Shown one piece after another: positions 19,162 to 27,610 of a stretch of 64,000 bases of DNA (positions within the stretch are counted from its first letter, which is position 1; each line of letters starts with the position of its first letter). Made by a program: the position numbers and the translations under genes. The stretch is from an uncultured Clostridia bacterium (lineage in GTDB: Bacteria > Bacillota > Clostridia > TANB77 > CAG-465): assembly GCA_944387385.1 (NCBI GenBank), contig CALXES010000001.1, forward strand, positions 7,713 to 71,712, in the 5' to 3' direction. Under the pieces are notes generated by a model. The model searched no databases. It saw only the letters and a program-made list of their open reading frames with translations, and was not told the origin of the DNA.

Positions 19162-19193
19162 TATGTTGTAATCTTAAAAAAGGAGGACTATAT

Positions 19194-22100
19194 ATGAAAT
19201 TTAGGAATAAAGCTATTATAGCATTACTTATAATAATGTTATGTGTTCCTGTTATGGGTAACCTATCAAATGTTAATGCTGTAACATCTATACCAGAGTC
19301 TCAGCTTCCTACAAATAGAGGAGATCAAGTTACAGGCGATGATATAGTTAATACAGGTAGATATTTATATGGACTTAATTTTACATATAATAGTGTAGGT
19401 ACTTGTACAGGTTTTGTAACACGTGTACTAAGATACTTAGAAGTTGGTTTAGAACTTGTAAGTAGAAATGATAATTGGAATTATATTTATAATTTATCAA
19501 ATTGGAATAGACCAGGGGTTAGCCCTGGAGCTGCATATGGACCAGACAAATGGAAAACTCAAGCAGATAAAATGGTTTCTAATGGAAAAGCAGAATATAT
19601 TGGAATGATCCCAAGGACACAACCAGATGTTGCACAAACTCTAGGAATTCAAAATGGAGATATACTTATTACTCCAGAGAAAAATGGGGCTAACGGACAC
19701 GTTGCAATAGCAATTATTGAAGATGGAGAAGTTAGAAGTTTCGGAGCAACAGATAGTGGTATAACTGTTACTAGATTTGCTAGTATACAAGATAATAAAA
19801 AAGGAGATACTTATGTATATCGTTTAGCAGCTTCTACAGGAGATTTATTAGTACATAAAGTAGATCAACATGGAAAAAATATTGCTGGGGTTACATTCCA
19901 TATTACTGGACCAAATATTGACGGAAACTATGTAACAGATGGTAATGGAATTATTGAACTTAATGGAGTATCATTTGGAGACTATACAATTACCGAAGTT
20001 GCAGTGCCAGCAGGTTCAAACATGGTATTAAACACAACACCGATGTATGCAACAATAAGTGGTTCTGCAAATAGAGTTACTGTTGAGTCAACAAACTATT
20101 ATCAAAGAGGAAAAGCTAGAATTCATAAAGTAGATAGCCTAGAAGGAGAAAATCCAAAAGGTGATGCTCAGCTTAGTGGCGCTACATATGCACTATATGC
20201 GTCAGAAGACATTTATGAAGGAAGTACAAAGATTTATTCTGCTAACCAACAAGTTGGTGGAAATGTAACTACAGGAGAAAATGGTTATACTGAATATATA
20301 AATGAACTTCCTATAGGAAACTATTATTGGAAAGAAGTAAAAGAATCTGTTGGTTATTTATTAAATACTCAAACTGTTTCAATAACAATTTCATATCAAG
20401 GAGAAACAAGTACAGAAGCTGTTGAAAGTACAGCAACTCATGAAGAAGAAAAAATTTACCAAAGAGCAAAAGTTGTAAAAATGGATAATAATCCAGATTC
20501 AAGTGAAGAAGATGTTGCAGTTGGAGCTATTTTAAAACTAACACTTATCTCAGATCCAACACAGTACTATACTGCTGAGATTCAAGAGGATGGAACAGCA
20601 GAATTTATTGACTGGGAGTTTAAGGAAGAGCATCCAGACGAAGAATATACTATTCCATATGGAACTTATGAAATAAGTGAAGAAAAAGAAAGTGATGCTG
20701 GAGAGCATACACATTTCTTCTTCCAAAAATATACAGTAGTACTTGATGAAGATAATAAAACTGAAACTGTAATATTCTCAGATGAACCAGTAGCACCATA
20801 TCTTAAAATAGTTAAGACAGATGCAGTTACTGGTCTACAAGTTAATTTAGAAGGTGCTAAATTTAAAGTTTGGGACTGCCAAAATAATGAATTTGTAGAG
20901 CAAATGGAAACTCCATCTGGACATATGATAACTGAATATATTGCAAATGAAAATGGAGAAGTAACTTTACCTGAAAGACTTCAACCAGGAAAATATATTA
21001 TATATGAAACAGCTGCACCAGCTGGATATTCATTAAATCCTGAGTGGGCTATACCAGAAAATGAAGATGATATAGGTGTTGAAGGAAAAGGTGGAAAAGT
21101 TATTGATTTAACAAAAGAAACAATAGGTATTGCAGGAGATGCTGAATATGATAAAGATTTAGTATTAATATATAAAGCAGAAATGCCTGACTATCCATTA
21201 CTTGTTAAATTACAAATAAATAAAACAGGTGAAATGCTAACAGAAGTAAAAACTGAAACTGCAAAATATCAAGTAAGTGAAAGCGGTGAAACAAAATCAG
21301 AAGAAAAATTTACACCAGTATTTACTTTAAGAGGATTACCTGGAGTAACATATAATATTGTTGCTGCTGAAGATATAAAGAGCCCAGATGGAAATGGTAC
21401 ATATGCAAAAGCAGGAGATGTTGTAGATACTATTACAACTGGAGAAGATGGAACAGCAATAACAAAGGATATTTATCCAGGAACATATAGTATTGAAGAA
21501 ATAGTAACACCAAAAGGATATGTAAAAGATGAAAATATCGAAGATGTTACTTTAACAAATACAGACCAAGCTACACCAGTTAAGACTTATGAAAAAGACT
21601 TAACAAATGTTAGACAAAAATTAGAATTAACATTCTTAAAGAAATTTGAAGAACCTAAATTTAAAGTTGGAGATGAAGAAGTTAATAAAAAAGCAATATT
21701 TGGAGTATATACAAATCAAGAAATATACAATTATACAGGAGCAGCTGTTATACCAAAAGATGCTTTAGTAGACTTAATTGAAATTGAAGGAGAAACTGAT
21801 GTAACAAGTACAATAGATTTACCAGAAGGTAAATACTATGTAAAAGAATTATTTGTTTCTTATCCATATACACCTAATACAGAACTTAGAAACTTTGAAT
21901 TAAAATATACAGATGATTCTACACAAGAATTTGTAGTATATAAAGGTGAAGATATGGTTAATACTACAGAGTCTGCATCATTAACTTTAGTTAAACTTTC
22001 AACAGACATTGTTGACCAATTATCTTTAATTGGACCAGATATTGATATGTCAAAACTAAATGAAGAAGCTCAAAAAATTGTTGAACAATTAAAAGGAATG

Positions 22101-23129
22101 ACTTTAGATCAAGTAAAAGAGTATCTTAAAGAAAATCAAATTGAAGTTGTACCTGGAGCTACATATGGTGTATATTTAGATGAAAATTGTAAGCAACCAC
22201 TACAAAAGCTAGATGATACAACTGGAGAATATGTTGGTGTTCAAATTGTAACTGACGAAACAGGATTAATTACTTTAGATGACCTTCCACTTGGAACATA
22301 TTATATTAAAGAATTAATCGCTCCACCTACATATGCTTTATCTGATGAAGTATTAAAGGTATCACTTACAACTGAACAAAAAGATACAATGATTTTCCAA
22401 GGAGTAGTTGAATCAGTACCTGTAGAAGCATTTTTAACAAAAACAGATGCGTTTACTGGACAAGAAATACCAAATTGTAAATTTGAAATTACAGATGTTG
22501 ATGGAAATGTAATATTTGAATCTACTACAGATGAAAATGGAAAGGGATATTTACCAGTTAGAAATTTAGAAAATGGTGAAACATATTACTGGACTGAAAC
22601 TGATGCACCAGATATATATGATTTAAATACAGAGCCTCATCCATTTGTTGCTTCATATGATGAAGATACTTTAAAATGGACAGCAGAACATATAGAAGTA
22701 GATAACTTAAGAAAAACAAGAGAAGTAATAGTAAGAAAACTAGATGCTGAAACTGGAGAAGCTTTAAAAGGCTGCGTATTTACAATAGCAATGATAGATC
22801 CTGAAACTGGAGAACAAAAGATAAATCCAAAAACAGGAGAACCAATTTATCTAGTAGAAAATGCAGAAACAGATGAAAATGGTGAATATGTAATAAAAGA
22901 AGCACCAATGGGAACATATAAATTCTTAGAGATAAAAGCACCAGAAGGATACGAGTTAGATGAAGATCTAACAGGACTAGTATTTACAATAGATAATGAC
23001 TCACCAGAGACAATAATCTTTGAAGTAACAAATACAGGAGATATAGCAGTATTTGCAGTATCTGGAGTAGCAATATTATCTATAGTTGGAATATTATTTA
23101 TCTTAAGAAGAAAACATGTTAATTCATAG
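19194..23129 (+). CDS. giant cell-wall-anchored stalk protein with a CHAP/NlpC-P60-like tip and ~9 CnaB/SpaA-like Ig domains
   Basis: The ATG at 19194 follows GGAGG, and the signal peptide is MKFRNKAIIALLIIMLCVPVMG..NVNA. Domains repeatedly start with hKxD strands (VHKVD, IHKVD, VVKMD, IVKTD, LTKTD, VRKLD) and carry E-box-like YxxxExxAPxGY motifs. The C-terminus has NTGD, a hydrophobic helix and RRKH. Confidence 0.88.
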   Translation: MKFRNKAIIALLIIMLCVPVMGNLSNVNAVTSIPESQLPTNRGDQVTGDDIVNTGRYLYGLNFTYNSVGTCTGFVTRVLRYLEVGLELVSRNDNWNYIYNLSNWNRPGVSPGAAYGPDKWKTQADKMVSNGKAEYIGMIPRTQPDVAQTLGIQNGDILITPEKNGANGHVAIAIIEDGEVRSFGATDSGITVTRFASIQDNKKGDTYVYRLAASTGDLLVHKVDQHGKNIAGVTFHITGPNIDGNYVTDGNGIIELNGVSFGDYTITEVAVPAGSNMVLNTTPMYATISGSANRVTVESTNYYQRGKARIHKVDSLEGENPKGDAQLSGATYALYASEDIYEGSTKIYSANQQVGGNVTTGENGYTEYINELPIGNYYWKEVKESVGYLLNTQTVSITISYQGETSTEAVESTATHEEEKIYQRAKVVKMDNNPDSSEEDVAVGAILKLTLISDPTQYYTAEIQEDGTAEFIDWEFKEEHPDEEYTIPYGTYEISEEKESDAGEHTHFFFQKYTVVLDEDNKTETVIFSDEPVAPYLKIVKTDAVTGLQVNLEGAKFKVWDCQNNEFVEQMETPSGHMITEYIANENGEVTLPERLQPGKYIIYETAAPAGYSLNPEWAIPENEDDIGVEGKGGKVIDLTKETIGIAGDAEYDKDLVLIYKAEMPDYPLLVKLQINKTGEMLTEVKTETAKYQVSESGETKSEEKFTPVFTLRGLPGVTYNIVAAEDIKSPDGNGTYAKAGDVVDTITTGEDGTAITKDIYPGTYSIEEIVTPKGYVKDENIEDVTLTNTDQATPVKTYEKDLTNVRQKLELTFLKKFEEPKFKVGDEEVNKKAIFGVYTNQEIYNYTGAAVIPKDALVDLIEIEGETDVTSTIDLPEGKYYVKELFVSYPYTPNTELRNFELKYTDDSTQEFVVYKGEDMVNTTESASLTLVKLSTDIVDQLSLIGPDIDMSKLNEEAQKIVEQLKGMTLDQVKEYLKENQIEVVPGATYGVYLDENCKQPLQKLDDTTGEYVGVQIVTDETGLITLDDLPLGTYYIKELIAPPTYALSDEVLKVSLTTEQKDTMIFQGVVESVPVEAFLTKTDAFTGQEIPNCKFEITDVDGNVIFESTTDENGKGYLPVRNLENGETYYWTETDAPDIYDLNTEPHPFVASYDEDTLKWTAEHIEVDNLRKTREVIVRKLDAETGEALKGCVFTIAMIDPETGEQKINPKTGEPIYLVENAETDENGEYVIKEAPMGTYKFLEIKAPEGYELDEDLTGLVFTIDNDSPETIIFEVTNTGDIAVFAVSGVAILSIVGILFILRRKHVNS
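19281..19838 (+). other. N-terminal CHAP / NlpC-P60 superfamily-like cysteine peptidase domain
   Basis: GRYLYG..VGTCTGFVTRV (Cys codon 19404-19406) and NGDILI..NGANGHVAIAIIEDG (His codon 19698-19700). The order and spacing match the papain-like amidase pattern xQCTxFV ... GDxV ... GHVAxV. Confidence 0.6.
22605..22636 (+). repeat. 32-nt tract identical to 27019-27050 (paralogue copy 1)
   Basis: gcaccagatatatatgatttaaatacagagcc was read in both genes; it encodes APDIYDLNTEP. Confidence 0.95.
23031..23126 (+). other. C-terminal sorting signal, non-LPXTG (VTNTGD)
   Basis: NTGD, then a 22-residue hydrophobic stretch (IAVFAVSGVAILSIVGILFIL), then RRKHVNS. Confidence 0.65.
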
Positions 23130-23140
23130 TAGATAAATAG

Positions 23141-23172
23141 AAAGATAGTGAATGTATTTCACTATCTTTTTT
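23141..23172 (+). terminator. Rho-independent terminator
   Basis: 12-bp stem aaagatagtgaa/ttcactatcttt with a 5-nt loop and a T-run. Confidence 0.85.
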
Positions 23173-23260
23173 ATTATTAAAATTTGAAATGTAAATGTAA
23201 TGTTTGATTAAAATAAATGTAAAATTAATTGTTAATCATCATGTGACTTTTATTATTACT

Positions 23261-23288
23261 TTGAAAAATTTATTAAAAGTTATATAAT
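23261..23288 (+). promoter_or_regulatory. candidate promoter for the second stalk-protein gene
   Basis: TTGAAA (23261-23266), 16-nt spacer, TATAAT (23283-23288). Confidence 0.4.
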
Positions 23289-23340
23289 AAAAATGTGTGA
23301 AAAATTATTAAAAACTATTTTTAGAAGAGGAGGATATGTG

Positions 23341-26300
23341 ATGTTAAAGAAAAAAAATATTATTCCAATATTAGTATTTTTTTTAGCTATAATTGGATGT
23401 CTTAATAGCAGTGTTTTTGCTGCATATGGAGATATTACTAATTCAGCAGGATCTAATGAATATCTTAATGCACATAATTTATTTTATGGGTATGGAAAAG
23501 GAGATGAAGTTGATCATACCTTTTATCAATATTCAGTTGGCGGAAGCAAAGCTTGGTGTATTGAAGCTGGAGTTCCAGTAATAAAAGGTGAAGGATATTA
23601 TAATACTAATGGTGAAGTAACTGATGGGGAAAATAATGCTAATCATGGCGCACTAAGTTACATTATGTATAAAGTTATGGAAGGAAAAGTAAATGAGCAA
23701 GTAGGACAAGCTGCTGTATGGCTTTTAACTGGTAATATTGTTGAGCCACATAATGGTAATATGCAAGATGTATACAATTTAATTGATGAAGCAAATAGAT
23801 GTAATGACTCATTGAATGTACCAAATGCATCAATAACAGTAGAAAATAATGATTACGAGTTAAGATATGACAGATCAAGAAATGCTTATGTATCAAGTAA
23901 AATAATTGTATCAAATGGCACAACAGAGCCACAAAACATGCCAAATGGAGCATTTATTGAGCAATATAATGATGGAGTAAGAATTGTTGTTCCAGCAACT
24001 TCAGTAACAGGAGATATTAGTATTACTTTAGTATCTAATTGTACATCTAGTGGTCAAAGATATGGAGCTGCAACAGTTTGGAGAAAAAGTGGATCACAAA
24101 CATTAGTAACACCTAACATGGAAAGTGTTGGTGGAAATGGAACATCTGCTGTATTTAATTTAACAGCTGTAGGAGATTTAAAAGTTATAAAAGAAGATGA
24201 ACATGGTAAACGTATTGAGGGAGCAAGATTTTTAGTTACTGGTGGTCCAGATAATATAAGTCAAGAAATTGTTACTGGTGAAGATGGTGTAGCAGAACTT
24301 AGAGAAATAAAAGTTGGTGACTATACAATAACAGAAATATATGTACCAGGTAATTTATATATAAGTGAAAAAAATCAAAATGTATCATATACAGTTTATA
24401 GTGGATATACAAACACAATTGAATTTAAAGCTGTAAATGATTATAAAAGAGGACAAACTCAGCTTAAAAAATATGATTTATACTGGGGAGATAATCCAAA
24501 AGGAGATTGTAAATTAGAAAAAGCACAATATGGAGTATATGCTGCAGAAGATATATATGAAGGAGAAACTTTAATATTTAATGAAGGAGATAAACTTATT
24601 GAAGTTGAAACAGATTCAAACGGAAGTACTCCTATTGTAAAAGAAGTATATAGTACTGTTTTAAATGAGACTATAGATGGAATACCAGTAGGACATTATT
24701 ATTGGAAAGAATTAAAAGAATCATCAGGTTATTTAATAAATACAAATATAATAAATTTTGAAATATCTAGTGATGGAACAGATATATATGAAGATGATTT
24801 AGGATTAATAGGTGTAACTCAAGCAGAAGAGCCAATAACAGGAAGAGGAAGAGTTATAAAATATAATAATGATAATAGCAATGATGAAAGTGAAAATGAT
24901 ACAGATAAGAGTCCAGCTGCAGGTGCAGTATTAAGACTAAGACTTGTATCAGCAATAGGAACAGAAGATGAGGAAAGAAATACATATTTGGCTACTATAG
25001 ATAATAATGGACATACAGAATTCATAGATGAAGAGTATCAAGCTCAAAATCCAGGTGATGAATATACAATTCCATATGGAACATATGAAATTGATGAGGT
25101 ACAAGCAAGTCCAGATGGAACTCATACATATTTTTACATGAATAAAGAAATTATAACAATTAATGAAGATCATAAGATAGAGTCAAGAATAGTGGCAGAT
25201 GAGCCAATATCTGCATATTTAAAGATAATTAAAAAAGATGCAGATAGTAAACAAGAAGTACATATAGCTGGTGGAAAATATATGATTTGGGATTGTCAAG
25301 CAGAAGAATTTGTAAGTCAAATGTTAAGTCCATCAGGAGAATATACAAATGTATTTGAAACAAATGATGAGGGATATTTATATACACCACAAAAACTATA
25401 TGCTGGAGATTATGTGGTATATGAGATAGAAGCACCAGAAGGATACTATTTAGATGAGGCATATAGATTACCAGAAAATGAAGCAGATTATGGAGATGCA
25501 AGCAAGGGTGGTGCAAAAGTAACAATAAATACAATTGCAACAGGTATTACAGATGGAACAATCTATGATAAAGATTTAAACTTATGTGTAGATGTAGAAA
25601 TATATAATACAGTTTTAAAGGCGCAAATGAATGTAGAGAAAAAAGGAGAAGTATTAACAGGAGCAACATCAACAACAGTAGAATACCAAGTAAGTGATTC
25701 AGGAGAGAAAAACAAAGAAGAAAAATATACACCAATATATACATTACAAGGTTTAGCAAATGTAGAGTATCAAATAATAGCAGTAAATGATATAAAATCA
25801 CCAGATGGAAGATATACATATGTATATGCAAATGATGTAGTAGATACTATAAAGACAGATGAAAATGGATATGCACAAACAGATCCGCTATATTTAGGAG
25901 AATATAGAATAGTTGAGACATCAACACCAGAAGGATATTTAACAGATGAAAATATAGAAAATGTAGTTTTAGAAAATGAAGATCAAATGGTACCAATAAA
26001 AACATATGTAAAAGAGTTGTCAGATGTAAGACAAAAATTACAATTGACATTTAAAAAGGTATTTGAAGATGTTAAATATGCAGATGCTGAAAAATTAGAA
26101 CCAAAAGCTTTATTTGGTGTATATACAAAAGAAATAATAAATAATAATGATGGAGAACCAATAATACCAAATAATAAACTAGTAGATTTAATATGGGTAG
26201 ATGAAAATTATGATGTAACAAGTCAAGTAGATTTACCAGAAGGAACATATTATGTAAAAGAATTATATGCATCATATCCTTATGGAATTAGTACAGTGAC

Positions 26301-27495
26301 AACAGATTTTACTTTAGAATACAATAATAATCCAAAACAAGAATTTGTAGTAGTAGAAGGACCAGAATATCCAAATACATATGAAAGTGCATCAATAACA
26401 CTAGTAAAACTTGCTACATCAACAATGGATAATATAATATTAAACGGTAACCAAATTGATACATCAACACTTGATGAAGAAGTACAAGTAATATTAGATC
26501 AAATAAAGGGAATGACAAAAGAAGAAATAAAAGAATATTTTGAAAAAAATGAAGTAAAATTTGTATCAGGGGCAAAATATGGAATTTATACAGATAAAGA
26601 CTGTACAAAAGCGTTAAGAATAAAAAATGAAGAAACAGGAGAATATGAAGAATCAGTACTAGTAACAGATGATACAGGACTTGTAGAACTTAATAATGTA
26701 CCATTAGGAATGTACTATGTAAAAGAAATAGAAGCTCCAGCAGGATATGAGCCATCTGACGAGGTAATACAAATTACATTAGATAATACTAATAAAGATA
26801 CAATGATATATCAAGCGTTAATAGAAGAAGATGTAATAGAGCCATTAATAACAAAAACAGATATTTTCACAGGAGAAGCAATACCAAATTGTGTATTTGA
26901 AATAAGAGATGAAAATGATGAGTTATTATTAAAATCAGTAACAGATGAACAAGGAAAAGGATATATACCAGTATCATTATTTGAAGATGGAAAGACATAT
27001 ACATATACAGAAGTTGAAGCACCAGATATATATGATTTAAATACAGAGCCACATGAATTTGTAGCAAAGTATGATGAAGATGGTAATTGGGATGTAGAAC
27101 CAATAAAAGTAGAAAATAGAAGAAAAGATTCAACAGTAACATTAGAGAAACTAGATATGATGGATTCAACACCAATACCAAATTGTAAATTTGAATTAAA
27201 GAGTCTAGAGACAGATTGGAAAGTTGAAGGAGTAACAGATGAAAATGGAGTATATGTATTTGAAAATGTACCATATGGAAAATATACATATACAGAGTTA
27301 GAAGCTCCAGAAGAGTATTTAATAGATACAACACCACATGAGATAACAATAGATGCAGAAGAGATGAAGATACAAGTAACAAATGAAAAAGCACCAGATA
27401 CAGGAGATATAGCAGTAATAGCTATAGCAAGCATTGCGGTAGTATGTGCATTAGGAATAGTATTTGTTGTTGTAAGAAATAAAAAAAGAGCTTAG
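23341..27495 (+). CDS. giant cell-wall-anchored stalk protein with a thioester-domain (TQXA-type) tip and ~9 CnaB/SpaA-like Ig domains
   Basis: The ATG at 23341 is 7 nt after GGAGG, and the signal peptide is MLKKKNIIPILVFFLAIIGCLNSSVFA. The stalk is collinear with the upstream paralogue (VIKED, LKKYD, IIKKD, ITKTD, LEKLD strands; YxxxExxAPxGY boxes). The C-terminus has APDTGD, a hydrophobic helix and RNKKRA. Confidence 0.88.
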   Translation: MLKKKNIIPILVFFLAIIGCLNSSVFAAYGDITNSAGSNEYLNAHNLFYGYGKGDEVDHTFYQYSVGGSKAWCIEAGVPVIKGEGYYNTNGEVTDGENNANHGALSYIMYKVMEGKVNEQVGQAAVWLLTGNIVEPHNGNMQDVYNLIDEANRCNDSLNVPNASITVENNDYELRYDRSRNAYVSSKIIVSNGTTEPQNMPNGAFIEQYNDGVRIVVPATSVTGDISITLVSNCTSSGQRYGAATVWRKSGSQTLVTPNMESVGGNGTSAVFNLTAVGDLKVIKEDEHGKRIEGARFLVTGGPDNISQEIVTGEDGVAELREIKVGDYTITEIYVPGNLYISEKNQNVSYTVYSGYTNTIEFKAVNDYKRGQTQLKKYDLYWGDNPKGDCKLEKAQYGVYAAEDIYEGETLIFNEGDKLIEVETDSNGSTPIVKEVYSTVLNETIDGIPVGHYYWKELKESSGYLINTNIINFEISSDGTDIYEDDLGLIGVTQAEEPITGRGRVIKYNNDNSNDESENDTDKSPAAGAVLRLRLVSAIGTEDEERNTYLATIDNNGHTEFIDEEYQAQNPGDEYTIPYGTYEIDEVQASPDGTHTYFYMNKEIITINEDHKIESRIVADEPISAYLKIIKKDADSKQEVHIAGGKYMIWDCQAEEFVSQMLSPSGEYTNVFETNDEGYLYTPQKLYAGDYVVYEIEAPEGYYLDEAYRLPENEADYGDASKGGAKVTINTIATGITDGTIYDKDLNLCVDVEIYNTVLKAQMNVEKKGEVLTGATSTTVEYQVSDSGEKNKEEKYTPIYTLQGLANVEYQIIAVNDIKSPDGRYTYVYANDVVDTIKTDENGYAQTDPLYLGEYRIVETSTPEGYLTDENIENVVLENEDQMVPIKTYVKELSDVRQKLQLTFKKVFEDVKYADAEKLEPKALFGVYTKEIINNNDGEPIIPNNKLVDLIWVDENYDVTSQVDLPEGTYYVKELYASYPYGISTVTTDFTLEYNNNPKQEFVVVEGPEYPNTYESASITLVKLATSTMDNIILNGNQIDTSTLDEEVQVILDQIKGMTKEEIKEYFEKNEVKFVSGAKYGIYTDKDCTKALRIKNEETGEYEESVLVTDDTGLVELNNVPLGMYYVKEIEAPAGYEPSDEVIQITLDNTNKDTMIYQALIEEDVIEPLITKTDIFTGEAIPNCVFEIRDENDELLLKSVTDEQGKGYIPVSLFEDGKTYTYTEVEAPDIYDLNTEPHEFVAKYDEDGNWDVEPIKVENRRKDSTVTLEKLDMMDSTPIPNCKFELKSLETDWKVEGVTDENGVYVFENVPYGKYTYTELEAPEEYLIDTTPHEITIDAEEMKIQVTNEKAPDTGDIAVIAIASIAVVCALGIVFVVVRNKKRA
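23422..24171 (+). other. N-terminal tip region containing a putative Cys-Gln thioester domain
   Basis: KAWCIEAG (Cys codon 23557-23559), LSYIMYK, then GQAAVWLLTG, which matches TQxA(I/V)W (Gln codon 23707-23709). Confidence 0.6.
27019..27050 (+). repeat. 32-nt tract identical to 22605-22636 (paralogue copy 2)
   Basis: Same string as 22605-22636; the flanking bases differ. Confidence 0.95.
27391..27492 (+). other. C-terminal sorting signal, non-LPXTG (APDTGD)
   Basis: APDTG, then D, then a hydrophobic helix IAVIAIASIAVVCALGIVFVVV, then RNKKRA. Confidence 0.7.
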
Positions 27496-27510
27496 CTAAA
27501 CTCTAAAAAA

Positions 27511-27546
27511 TACACTCTAATACCAAAATATTAGAGTGTATTTTTG
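27511..27546 (+). terminator. Rho-independent terminator
   Basis: Perfect 12-bp stem tacactctaata/tattagagtgta with a 6-nt loop and T5. Confidence 0.85.
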
Positions 27547-27549
27547 TGC

Positions 27550-27585
27550 TTGACTTATTAGTACACTTGTGCTAAAATTAGTACA
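27550..27585 (+). promoter_or_regulatory. promoter with a candidate TetR operator (direct repeats)
   Basis: TTGACT (27550-27555), 17-nt spacer, TAAAAT (27573-27578). The 9-nt direct repeat ATTAGTACA occurs at 27557-27565 and 27577-27585, exactly 20 bp apart. Confidence 0.45.
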
Positions 27586-27610
27586 GGTGTATTAAAAGGA
27601 GATTGAAATT

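Noticed and set aside
19140-19193. N-terminal extensions in the ORF track (19140, 23293, 11019, 10026, 48656, 7017, 1712, 7194, 14195, 49662, 50699, 54234, 15890, 52005, 1142).
   Set aside because: In each case an internal ATG has a properly spaced GGAGG/AAGGAG and begins a typical N-terminus (a signal peptide or a family-typical start). The upstream extension runs through a promoter or terminator, or starts at a non-ATG codon. Feature coordinates use the internal start.
23349-23378. A8 and T8 homopolymer runs in the first 40 nt of the second adhesin gene, as a possible slipped-strand phase-variation switch.
   Set aside because: Runs of 7-9 A or T are frequent throughout this AT-rich window, including in housekeeping genes and terminators, so these are not distinctive. 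Supporting phase variation would need population sequencing.
23393-27434. Many listed ORFs of 60-207 aa inside the second adhesin gene, almost all on the minus strand (for example 26811..27434, 26867..27394, 25229..25540, 25547..25831), plus one alternative +-frame ORF (23393..23581).
   Set aside because: They lie entirely inside a 1384-codon gene with strong protein-level motifs. Their products are low-complexity Leu/His/Ser/Phe strings, as expected from reverse-reading purine-rich GAA/GAT/ACA codons. None has an RBS. I treat them as shadow ORFs.
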